Below, piece after piece: positions 37,907-46,974 of a DNA stretch of 64,000 bases. The DNA comes from Alistipes sp. (GTDB lineage: Bacteria > Bacteroidota > Bacteroidia > Bacteroidales > Rikenellaceae). Positions within the stretch are counted from its first letter, which is position 1; each line of letters begins with the position of its first letter. The DNA lies in assembly GCA_045603645.1 (NCBI GenBank), contig JAZUMN010000084.1, forward strand, positions 7,019-71,018. Direction: 5' to 3'. Position numbers and translations under genes: made by a program. The notes below the pieces were generated by a model. That model saw only the letters and a program-made list of their open reading frames with translations, was not told where the DNA came from and did no database searches.

Positions 37907-39850
37907 ATGGAGAAAGAGAATAAAATACGACTTTTACCCGAAATTGTAGCCAACCAGATTGCTGCCGGAGAGGTGGTTGATAACCCCTCGTCGGTTGTCA
38001 AGGAGATGATGGAGAATGCCATTGATGCAGGGGCAACATCGGTAACCGTGAATTTCCGCAATGCAGGTCTTGAACTTATTCAGATTGTGGATGACGGCTG
38101 CGGAATGTCGCCCATTGATGCACGTCTGGCCTTCGACCGTCACGCTACGAGCAAGATACGCAATTTCGACGATGTCTATCGCCTGCAAACCTTCGGTTTC
38201 CGTGGCGAGGCGTTGGCGTCAATTGCTGCTGTGGCACAGGTGGAGCTCCGTACTCGTCAGAGGGATGAAGAGATAGGTACGGTGACCATCGTCAATGGCG
38301 GCGAGTTTGTGTCGCAGACACCTACGATGTGCCCTGTGGGGTCGCAGTTCTTTGTGCGCAACCTCTTCTACACAGCCCCTGCACGCCGTAAGTTCAACGG
38401 CGACAGAGGCAAGATGGTTACCGAAATCAAGAAGGTATTCCGTCAGGTGGCGTTGTGTAATCCACAGGTAAGGTGCGAACTTATGTCGAGCGATATGCCA
38501 ATCATAACGCTTCATTCGGGCTCGCTCCTGGACCGCATCATTGAGGTTGTGGGTCGCCATATAAAGACCAACCTTTTGGAGGTGGATGTATCGACCTCAA
38601 TTGTCAGCATAAAGGGTTATGTGGGTCGTCCTGCGGCTGCCAAGCAGAAGAATGCCGAGCAGTATCTGTTTGTCAATGGGCGATATTTCCGCTCGACACC
38701 GATATTCCGTGCCATAATGAAGGCGTACGAGAAGCTCATCCCCGAGAATTGCTCGCCCTCATACTTTCTCTATCTTACGGTTGAGCCCGACAGGGTCGAT
38801 GTGAATGTGTCGCCACACAAAACAGAGGTGCGCTTTGCTGATGCCGAAGATGTAAATCAAATTATCAGCGCCGCGGTGCGCAGCACACTTGCCAAGAGTG
38901 GCAGTGTTGGTATGATGGATTTTGAACGTCCCGAGGTTGAAATACCCGTTATGGGTAGTGATGAGGGCTTTGTATATGCCGAACCCAAGACCTCTACAAA
39001 TATGGACTACAACCCCTTTGTTGAGGATTGCAGCCCTGTTGCGTTGCCTGCAATTGATGGTGAGGAGGCCGCTGCTTTGCCGCCTATGCCCAAGACCTCG
39101 TCGCGCAGCTCTTGCGCAATGCCTAAGTTGCAACCTGCGCCAGAAGTTTCGGTGCCGCAGTATGTCGATATAACGGCTTCACTGCCTGCTGAGGGCATTG
39201 ATTTGAGTGCTTATCTGAATGAGGAGCAGAGTCGGATGGAGATGCAGTCCGCTGTCGAGTTGCAGCAGAGTATAGCTCTCGATGAAGGACTGTGCTTTAC
39301 CGATATGATGCCACTTGGTGGTGGTTATGCCCTGGCCGTAAGTGCAGGTCGCAGTATGGTTGTCGATTTGCGCAGGGTTAAGGAACGCCTGCTGTATGAT
39401 AATTATATGGCACAGCTGAGCGTGGGTAGCTGTCCTTCGCAGCAGTTGCTCTTTGTCGAGGAACTCGTTCTCTCTGAGGATGATTACGCTCTGTTGCAGG
39501 CTCAGGAGGTTGAGTTTGCAGCGTTGGGCTTCGACTTGGAGTTACAGGGCAAGTGCAGGGTGCTGGTCAAGGGTGTGCCTTCAAACCTTGCCGGCGAGCA
39601 GATAGATGTGTTGCTGTATGATATGCTGCGAGAGGTTGAGCAAAGCGAAAATGTAGGCGAGCGCGTAAGAGAGGGTCTTGCGCTTATGATGGCGCAGAAC
39701 TCCTCGCGTAAGGTGGTTGCTCAAAGCCGTGACCAGGTGCAGGATATGTTGCAGCGATTGTGCGAATGTGAGAATTACAGCTTCTCGCCTTCGGGCAAGG
39801 CCATAATGGCAGAACTTACGGTTGATGAACTGCGAAAAAAATTAAATTAG
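37907..39850 (+). CDS. mutL: DNA mismatch repair protein MutL
   Basis: 'NQIAAGEVV', 'ENAIDAGA', 'RHATSKI', 'GFRGEALASI'. Confidence 0.97.
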   Translation: MEKENKIRLLPEIVANQIAAGEVVDNPSSVVKEMMENAIDAGATSVTVNFRNAGLELIQIVDDGCGMSPIDARLAFDRHATSKIRNFDDVYRLQTFGFRGEALASIAAVAQVELRTRQRDEEIGTVTIVNGGEFVSQTPTMCPVGSQFFVRNLFYTAPARRKFNGDRGKMVTEIKKVFRQVALCNPQVRCELMSSDMPIITLHSGSLLDRIIEVVGRHIKTNLLEVDVSTSIVSIKGYVGRPAAAKQKNAEQYLFVNGRYFRSTPIFRAIMKAYEKLIPENCSPSYFLYLTVEPDRVDVNVSPHKTEVRFADAEDVNQIISAAVRSTLAKSGSVGMMDFERPEVEIPVMGSDEGFVYAEPKTSTNMDYNPFVEDCSPVALPAIDGEEAAALPPMPKTSSRSSCAMPKLQPAPEVSVPQYVDITASLPAEGIDLSAYLNEEQSRMEMQSAVELQQSIALDEGLCFTDMMPLGGGYALAVSAGRSMVVDLRRVKERLLYDNYMAQLSVGSCPSQQLLFVEELVLSEDDYALLQAQEVEFAALGFDLELQGKCRVLVKGVPSNLAGEQIDVLLYDMLREVEQSENVGERVREGLALMMAQNSSRKVVAQSRDQVQDMLQRLCECENYSFSPSGKAIMAELTVDELRKKLN

Positions 39851-39856
39851 AGAAGA

Positions 39857-40510
39857 ATGTATTTGCAGAGAAACATAACGCCCCCTGTGGTAAAGAATCT
39901 TATCATTGCCAACTGCGTTGCGCTGCTGGCTACAACACTGTTGCCGTTTGGTGATGATATCATCGAGCGCTTTGCACTTTTTAATGTCGAGAGCCCGTTG
40001 TTTCACAGCTATCAGGTCTTTACGTATATGTTCCTGCACGGCGGCGTGTCGCATCTCTTCTTCAATATGTTTGCGCTGTGGATGTTCGGCCGTCAGTTGG
40101 AGTATGAACTCGGCTCGCAGCGCTTCCTTACCTACTATATGGTGTGCGGCATTGGTGCTGCCCTGCTGCAACTTGGTGTAGGCTATGCCGAGTATATGCA
40201 CGCCGTGGATGCCAGAGGCTCCTACGAGGCTATGTACCTGCTGAGAGTGCCTACCGTGGGTGCTTCGGGTGCGGTGTATGGTTTGCTGCTTGCCTTCGGT
40301 GTGCTGCACCCCAACAACATCATTATGCTTGTCTTCCCACCCATAGCCTTGAAGGCTAAGTGGTTTGTTATCATCTATGGTCTTTTGGAACTTTTCTTCG
40401 GCTTGTCGGGCTTCCAGGCCGGTGTTGCCCACTTTGCTCATCTGGGAGGTATGCTGTGGGGACTGGCCCTGCTGTATTGGTGGAAAAAACGAGGAGCTAT
40501 TTATTTTTAG
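39857..40510 (+). CDS. Rhomboid family intramembrane serine protease
   Basis: 'HLFFNM', catalytic Ser in 'GASG', catalytic His in 'AHLGG'. Confidence 0.95.
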   Translation: MYLQRNITPPVVKNLIIANCVALLATTLLPFGDDIIERFALFNVESPLFHSYQVFTYMFLHGGVSHLFFNMFALWMFGRQLEYELGSQRFLTYYMVCGIGAALLQLGVGYAEYMHAVDARGSYEAMYLLRVPTVGASGAVYGLLLAFGVLHPNNIIMLVFPPIALKAKWFVIIYGLLELFFGLSGFQAGVAHFAHLGGMLWGLALLYWWKKRGAIYF

Positions 40511-40539
40511 GTGTTAGATATTAGACAAATAGGATAAAG

Positions 40540-41808
40540 ATGGCAGAGTACTATCGTACAACATACGGCGGTGAGAGGCGTCAGGAACGTAAATCGGTGT
40601 TGGCAACAATTGTCGATGCCCTGATGATTGTCATAACGGCGGTGGTTGCGCTCCTCTTCCTGCTGACACTTTTTGTGCCGCTTATGGATCCTCGTCGCTG
40701 GGGTGATGTGTCCACGCTGGGTCTGATAGCTCCGTTTATATATGTGGCGCAGGCCATGGTTACGCTCTACTGGCTTCTGCGGTGGCGTATGGTTGTCGCT
40801 GTGCCTATGATTTTACTCTCGTGCATAGGACTGTTCAGTCTCTCGTCGTTCTATAAATTTGAGGTGCGCCGCAGTTATGGCGGGCAGACTTACGGGCGTT
40901 CGGCTGTAAAGGTTATGTCGTATAATGTGCGGAGTTTTATCAACGACAATGGCGGGCGCAGCATCGACTCCATGGTGGCAATTATCAAGGGTATGAACCC
41001 CGATATTTTGTGCTTGCAGGAGTTTGGTTTTCGGGAGGCTCTTGATACGCTGCTTCTGCCTTTGAATAAATTGCCCAAGACCCTGTCACGCAATAATTTA
41101 AGCCCCGCCATATACAGCCGTTATCCAATTGTCAGGGCGCAACGTGTTGATTCTATGCGTGGTGTGGTGTGGGCTGATGTGGTGGTGCGTGAGGATACCT
41201 TCCGTGTCTATAATGTGCACCTTCACACAACAGCGATACGCCGCACGGATAATTCCTACTTGGAGAATCACGAATACCTTGACGATGGCGAGTCGGAACA
41301 TCATGTGCGGGATATGGTGCGTCGTCTGAGTGAGAATAATAGGTTGCGAGCCTCGCAGGTTGATACCATTGCAAGTATGATTGCCGCATCGCCCTATCCT
41401 GCGATTGTGTGTGGCGATTTTAACGATGTGCCTGTGTCGAACACCTATCGCCGTATGTCACGTCGTCTGCGCGATACATTCCGTGACAAGGGGCGCGGTT
41501 ACTCATATACCTATCGGGGCTTCTTTGATATGCTGCGTATAGATTATGTGCTGGCGTCAAAGGATTTTACAACCCTTTCGTATGATGTTATCGACACCTG
41601 GGGCTTGGAGGTACAGAAGCGTCGCCGTGATACTCTTGTGGTGCGCAGATTCGGCTATCAGATGCCCGTGCTGGGCGAGGGTGTTGCTGAGAGATTGGAT
41701 GCCGAGGAGTTGAGCAGGCTGGATGGCGATACTGCGGTGGTTAATAACAGACTCGACTACTCTGACCATTACCCCGTATTCGTGAGGTTGCAATATGATG
41801 GAAAATAA
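40540..41808 (+). CDS. Membrane-anchored endonuclease/exonuclease/phosphatase family protein
   Basis: N-terminal TMs, then 'MSYNV', 'CLQE', 'GDFND', 'RIDYV', 'SDHYPV'. Confidence 0.92.
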   Translation: MAEYYRTTYGGERRQERKSVLATIVDALMIVITAVVALLFLLTLFVPLMDPRRWGDVSTLGLIAPFIYVAQAMVTLYWLLRWRMVVAVPMILLSCIGLFSLSSFYKFEVRRSYGGQTYGRSAVKVMSYNVRSFINDNGGRSIDSMVAIIKGMNPDILCLQEFGFREALDTLLLPLNKLPKTLSRNNLSPAIYSRYPIVRAQRVDSMRGVVWADVVVREDTFRVYNVHLHTTAIRRTDNSYLENHEYLDDGESEHHVRDMVRRLSENNRLRASQVDTIASMIAASPYPAIVCGDFNDVPVSNTYRRMSRRLRDTFRDKGRGYSYTYRGFFDMLRIDYVLASKDFTTLSYDVIDTWGLEVQKRRRDTLVVRRFGYQMPVLGEGVAERLDAEELSRLDGDTAVVNNRLDYSDHYPVFVRLQYDGK

Positions 41809-41826
41809 ACTAATACAAACTTGACT

Positions 41827-42276
41827 ATGATACTTGATTCTTTGAAAAACAAGGCACGCTATGAGGCGTTGCACCCACGTTTTAAGGCTGTTTTTGACTA
41901 TATCGACAGCCACGACCTGGCCTCTATGGAGTGCGGTCGTCACGATATTGACGGCGATAATATCTTTGTGAATATTCAGGAGCTGGACCTGCGTCCAACC
42001 TCTGAGGCGAGGTTGGAGTTGCATCGTAAGTATATTGATATTCAACTTCTTCTGGATGGTGATGACGAGTTGTTTGGCTGGAGCGAGAGGAAGGAGTGCT
42101 TGAAGCCCGAGGCGGAGTTTGATGAGCAGAAGGATGTGCAGTTCTTTACAGATGTGCCTCAGTGTTTTTACTCTGTGGCAAAGGGTCAGTTCTCGATTCT
42201 TTACCCCGAAGACGGACACGCCCCAATGCTTGGCGATGGTCACGTCAAGAAGTGCATATTTAAGATTGCGTTGTAG
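41827..42276 (+). CDS. YhcH/YjgK/YiaL family protein
   Basis: 'ELHRKYIDIQ', 'YPEDGHAP'. Confidence 0.92.
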   Translation: MILDSLKNKARYEALHPRFKAVFDYIDSHDLASMECGRHDIDGDNIFVNIQELDLRPTSEARLELHRKYIDIQLLLDGDDELFGWSERKECLKPEAEFDEQKDVQFFTDVPQCFYSVAKGQFSILYPEDGHAPMLGDGHVKKCIFKIAL

Positions 42277-42308
42277 AATCAAAAGGTTTTAATTCAATAA
42301 CTTGGCAA

Positions 42309-42350
42309 GCGGAGAGGCTTATGAACGGTTAGCCTCTCCGTATTTTATTT
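42309..42350 (+). terminator. Intrinsic terminator
   Basis: gcggagaggct/agcctctccgt stem followed by attttattt. Confidence 0.75.
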
Positions 42351-42421
42351 CAATAAAATAACATTCGTGATAAAATAAGCACAATTCATTGAAAAAGTTT
42401 CCTAATAAGGATATGTTGTTG

Positions 42422-42429
42422 TATTTTTG
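42422..42429 (+). promoter_or_regulatory. Sigma-A -7 element for the lipoprotein operon (TAttTTTG)
   Basis: Consensus match about 30 nt before the ATG at 42458. Confidence 0.6.
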
Positions 42430-42457
42430 CAAATGTTAAAATGTGAATTGTGCAGAT

Positions 42458-44239
42458 ATGTTTGAGATAGTTAAAAAGCTGGTGCTTGTGCTGCTAATGG
42501 TTGTTATGGTGGCGTGCGCCGAAAATATGTTTGACGAGCACGGCTACGAGTCGCAGCCCGATGGTGAGGGTGATGTGGAGCTTAGGCTGGGAGTGCCTGC
42601 TACGCGTGCTACGCTGGACGCTGACCTTAATCTGCGCTGGCAGCGAGGCGACCGTATCTCTTTTATGGCCTATGCGGGCTCGACACAGCTCTTTACCAAG
42701 GAGGCAAGTTTCTGGGCCAATCTGGTTGATGACTCATCTCAGGGTTACCCTCAGGCATATTTTAGAGCCAAGTTCAACGCTACCTCGGAGGCCGATGTTA
42801 TCGAGTCGATAAAGAGTATTTCCAGCGGTAAGTGTTATGCCGTGAGCCCTGCAAGTGGCGTTACTTTTAATGGTACGACAGCTACAATGACCCTGCCAAG
42901 TGTGCAGACGGGCGAGTATAGCAGTGCTTACGACTTTATGACAGCGCGCAGCGGTGCCGTGTCGTCATTGAAACTCTGCACAGGCACAAATGATGATTAC
43001 ATCAATAATGTGAATTTGGTCTTTACACACCACACCCACGCCTTTCGTGTGGTTATTCCTGCCAACAATCTTGGCAAGGAAGTTACCAAGGCATATTTGA
43101 AGTTCCCATTCGCTGTTGTGGGTGATGTGACGGTGGATTTCACTACGGGAGCCGTAACCTCGGCCAATACGAGTGACCTTGTTACGGTGGAGTTTGCGGA
43201 GCCTAAGAGCGCAGGTGACGAGTTCTGGGTGTTTATCAACGGCGTGGAGAACAGGGGTAAGGTAGATTTGCGTTTCCAGGCAGCCGATGGCACATATACC
43301 GAGCGCCGTGTGGCCAACTTTACCCAAAAGAACTGGTCAGCAGGCAGCATCTCGAAGGTGTCGATGTCGGTGCCTCGGTCAACAACGCTTACAACGCTGC
43401 GATACAGAATTTCGAGTTACTCAAATCTGGGTGAGCCTGTGACGAATCTGCACCTTTCGCTCCCCGCAGGGTACTATTTCACCAATTTCAAGCAAAACGG
43501 CATAGCGACAAATATCAATGGCGAGTATCAGTTTACGATGTTCAACGATATGGTAGACAGCTCTTTGCAGGCAAGCACTCTCCCCGCAGCGTATGAGTCT
43601 GAGCACGCCTATATTCCGACTTCGGTCAGGTATGCCACATCGACAACGTCACTCACGGCTCCATATCTGTTTGAAGAGAACTTCTCGGCGGTTGGCAGTT
43701 TCAGCTCGAATGATAATTACACCGGTGGTTTTATATCAGGTGATAAGGGTGCGCATTCATTCCTTAATGGCTGGTCGGGCGGTCGTGTTGGTGCTTCGGC
43801 AGGTCTGTCGATTCGTATAGCGTGCCGTCGTGAGACAAGTGCCCGCTATGGTGCTCGTGTAGATTCTGCTCCTATAACGAACTTAAAGAAGGGCGCTTCG
43901 GTAAAGGTTAAGGTGGTGTATGATTACGGTATGGACCAGGATTATGGCGGTTTAATATGGATTGAAACTATCGGTCAGACCTGCTATGAAGGTCGCACAA
44001 CCGATTCGTCGGCTCTGTCAAGTGGTGACGAAACGGGTACGTTTGAGAGTGAGTTCTATATCGAGGAGGATGATAAGGCGTCGTGGAACAATCTGCCATA
44101 CACCCGCTCATATAGTTTTGGCGATTGTACAAATGCTACACGTCTGTCGTGGAGGACATATCCCGAGAATTATGCAGGAACAAGTAACAACACCTGCTGG
44201 CTCTATATTGACAATGTGAAGGTCTCAATAGTGCAATAA
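42458..44239 (+). CDS. Fimbrillin/Mfa-like surface lipoprotein with a C-terminal beta-sandwich domain
   Basis: Lipobox VMVA-C. 'ATRATL...WQRGDRI', 'LPSVQTG', 'YDFMTA' resemble Bacteroidota type V pilin N-domains. Confidence 0.7.
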   Translation: MFEIVKKLVLVLLMVVMVACAENMFDEHGYESQPDGEGDVELRLGVPATRATLDADLNLRWQRGDRISFMAYAGSTQLFTKEASFWANLVDDSSQGYPQAYFRAKFNATSEADVIESIKSISSGKCYAVSPASGVTFNGTTATMTLPSVQTGEYSSAYDFMTARSGAVSSLKLCTGTNDDYINNVNLVFTHHTHAFRVVIPANNLGKEVTKAYLKFPFAVVGDVTVDFTTGAVTSANTSDLVTVEFAEPKSAGDEFWVFINGVENRGKVDLRFQAADGTYTERRVANFTQKNWSAGSISKVSMSVPRSTTLTTLRYRISSYSNLGEPVTNLHLSLPAGYYFTNFKQNGIATNINGEYQFTMFNDMVDSSLQASTLPAAYESEHAYIPTSVRYATSTTSLTAPYLFEENFSAVGSFSSNDNYTGGFISGDKGAHSFLNGWSGGRVGASAGLSIRIACRRETSARYGARVDSAPITNLKKGASVKVKVVYDYGMDQDYGGLIWIETIGQTCYEGRTTDSSALSSGDETGTFESEFYIEEDDKASWNNLPYTRSYSFGDCTNATRLSWRTYPENYAGTSNNTCWLYIDNVKVSIVQ

Positions 44240-44258
44240 ATGAAATAAAGATAAAATT

Positions 44259-45080
44259 ATGAAGATGAAAAAACTATTGTTAATTGCCTTGGCGGCGGTA
44301 GCTGTGGCCGGCTGCTCGAAGGATGATGATTCTCAGGAGTGGATAGATGCTCCCGAGGGTATGGGTGTTGTCAGCTTTGGTGTGAGCCCCTCGATTGTTG
44401 TAGAGGGCACGCGTGCCCAGCAGCAGATACCCGATGGTGTGACAATACCTGCTGCTGAGGATTTGAAGCTGAGTGTGGTTGCTCTGGATGAGAGCATAGA
44501 CTACGCAGGTGGTGAGTGGGAGAGTGTTGCTTCGTTTAACAAGACTTACAAGAAGACATACTTCAAGGCGGGCGCTTACGAGGCAACGGTATCCTTTGGC
44601 AATCCGTCAGAGGAGGGTGAGAATTGCCCATACTTTGTCGATGCGAAGAGCTTCAATGTGAAGGCTCGCGAGAAGGTGGATGTGGCGCTTGCTCCAAAGT
44701 TGGGTAACTCAATCGTTAAGGTTGAGTTCAGCGAGCGATTTAAGCACTACTTCGAGAATGGTGCTGCCATAACCGTCACAAGCGGCAATGGCAAGGAGTG
44801 GGAGGTAGGTTACGACGCCTCGCCATACCTCTTTGTTGAGAGTGGCAAGGTTGTAACCATCTCGGGCTATGCCGTTAAGCAGAAGCCAAGTGCATCGGTT
44901 GAGGCTCCCAAGGTGAGCTTTGACGATGTTACCAAAACCGTGGCGGCGTGCACGCTCTACACCTACACCTACGATGTGTCAACAGCGGGCAGCGTGACGG
45001 TTGCCGTTGAGATTACCAACGAACCCATCGAGGAGGTTATAGTAGGCGATGCGGAGATTAACGACGATGCTATAATGTAG
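44259..45080 (+). CDS. DUF4493-type lipoprotein
   Basis: Lipobox AVAG-C-SKDDD, 'GTRA', 'GAYEATVSFG...PYF', 'NSIVKVEFS'. Confidence 0.75.
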   Translation: MKMKKLLLIALAAVAVAGCSKDDDSQEWIDAPEGMGVVSFGVSPSIVVEGTRAQQQIPDGVTIPAAEDLKLSVVALDESIDYAGGEWESVASFNKTYKKTYFKAGAYEATVSFGNPSEEGENCPYFVDAKSFNVKAREKVDVALAPKLGNSIVKVEFSERFKHYFENGAAITVTSGNGKEWEVGYDASPYLFVESGKVVTISGYAVKQKPSASVEAPKVSFDDVTKTVAACTLYTYTYDVSTAGSVTVAVEITNEPIEEVIVGDAEINDDAIM

Positions 45081-45121
45081 TCGGTAAGCAGATATAAGGA
45101 AAACAAAAAACAGAACGAGAT

Positions 45122-46969
45122 ATGAAAAAATTGATGTTAATCGTGGCTCTGGCTGTCGGAATGGTGGCGTGTCACGACGAAAAAGCAGATTGGGTCGGTA
45201 CGGGCAGCGGCGGCGATAAGCTTGCAGTCGGTTACATAGCCTTTGCTGATGGAGGCCTCACTGTGAATGTTGACAAGGAGTCTGCTGCGGGTGATCTGGA
45301 TGCCGACGCTACGCGTGCCGAGGAGGCTGGTGCAGACTACACCGTTGAGGTTTGGAGTGCAGAGAACGATCTTGTGGCTTCGTTTAAGTATGGCGAGCGC
45401 GAGAGCCAATACACAACTTCGAGCATCGACCCTGCGCGCAAGGGTATTGCCGTGCCTGTCGGGCGCTACACCATAAAGGCATATTCGGCGGCAACTCCCA
45501 AGGAGTCGGACACACCTCAGTATGCAGGTCAGACAACCGTGGCGGTGGCCAAGGAGACCGTGACGGAGGCAAACATCACCTGCGAGCTGTCGAGTGTTAA
45601 GGTGTCGGTACGTTTTGACCCTATTCTGGCGTCGCTTATCACCGACGATACGAAGGCTCGCGTAGTGCTTGGTGCGGAGGATGTAAGCGAGTACACATTC
45701 GTAGGTCGTCCCGTGACACCTCTGGCCGCCGATGCAAGTGTCGCTAATGGTTGCAGCAAGATGGATTGGGGTGCCGAGGGTGGCTACCGCTACCTGCGTC
45801 CTAACGAGGAGGTAAATCCCCTGACATTATATTTTACCGCCAACTACAACGGCAGCGCAATCAAGGATCAGGCGCTTAAAATCTGTGACGACGCCAAGCC
45901 GGGCGAGTGGCGTCAGGTGACGGTTAAGTTGGAGAATGGCGACAGTGGACAGATATATGTCGTTATAGAGGTTAAGACCTGGGTCGAGGGTGAGATTGTT
46001 GATGTGGATGTGACATCGATGTCTCTCTTTGGTGGCGAGGTCGTTATACCTGACGATACCGATGCTCCTGTGATTGAGTGGACAGACCACGACCTTGCAG
46101 AGCCATTCACCCTTGCCGACGATATGTTCGACAGCAATGGTAACTTTACGGCAGGTGCCGACTTTACTGTGGTGACTAAGTCGGAGATTACGGCAATGTC
46201 GCTGGGTCTGACATCAACCAACAGCGACCTTAACGAGGTGGCAAATGATTTGGGTCTGAGTGCCGAGGGCGGCATCAGCCTTACGGGTACACTCAGCTCT
46301 ATGGCAAAGATGATTCTTGGCAGCTGGGGCTTCCCAATATCAAATGTGGCGGGGCAGAAGGAGATTACGTTCAACCTCGCTACGCTTATGAAGGAGTTGC
46401 ACGCAAACTATGCGGGTACACACACCTTCACAATTACGGTGGAGGATAAGCTCGGCAGTGAGACAACCGTTGAGCTGGGCATAACATCGGGTATCGTTGT
46501 TGACCCAAATATCGTTTGGGTGGGCAAGGATATTGACCAGGTTTATAACCTGAAAGAGGTTGATCAGATTTCGGTGCTGATTACAGCCAAGAACAAGATT
46601 AAGGATATCAGAGTAAGCATCAAGGGCCCATTGGCGCCGGACTTGCAGAATATGATGATGCCTGCCGAGTTCGGTCTGGTGGAGCCGGGTACTCTGACCG
46701 ATGGCACGGGCTCTTTGGCGGACATCCTTACAGGCTTTGGCTTCCCTACGGGTTATGACGACCCTGCAACGGCGGAGGAAGAGGGTGTGTATGACAGGAC
46801 ATCTGTTCCGTTTACAATCTCTTCAATGCTTATGAATATGATGGGCAGCTTCTACTCTCAGGACGAGAATGACTATATAGAATTCGAGATTACGGTTATA
46901 GACCAGAGTGGTGACGAGGTTAATGGCAAGCTCACCAAGTCTATCAAGTTGTTAAATCTTAACGAGTAG
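45122..46969 (+). CDS. DUF4493-type lipoprotein with additional beta domains
   Basis: Lipobox GMVA-C, 'ATRA', 'PVGRYTIKAYS...PQYAG', 'CELSSVKVSVRF'. Confidence 0.75.
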   Translation: MKKLMLIVALAVGMVACHDEKADWVGTGSGGDKLAVGYIAFADGGLTVNVDKESAAGDLDADATRAEEAGADYTVEVWSAENDLVASFKYGERESQYTTSSIDPARKGIAVPVGRYTIKAYSAATPKESDTPQYAGQTTVAVAKETVTEANITCELSSVKVSVRFDPILASLITDDTKARVVLGAEDVSEYTFVGRPVTPLAADASVANGCSKMDWGAEGGYRYLRPNEEVNPLTLYFTANYNGSAIKDQALKICDDAKPGEWRQVTVKLENGDSGQIYVVIEVKTWVEGEIVDVDVTSMSLFGGEVVIPDDTDAPVIEWTDHDLAEPFTLADDMFDSNGNFTAGADFTVVTKSEITAMSLGLTSTNSDLNEVANDLGLSAEGGISLTGTLSSMAKMILGSWGFPISNVAGQKEITFNLATLMKELHANYAGTHTFTITVEDKLGSETTVELGITSGIVVDPNIVWVGKDIDQVYNLKEVDQISVLITAKNKIKDIRVSIKGPLAPDLQNMMMPAEFGLVEPGTLTDGTGSLADILTGFGFPTGYDDPATAEEEGVYDRTSVPFTISSMLMNMMGSFYSQDENDYIEFEITVIDQSGDEVNGKLTKSIKLLNLNE

Positions 46970-46974
46970 CAGAT

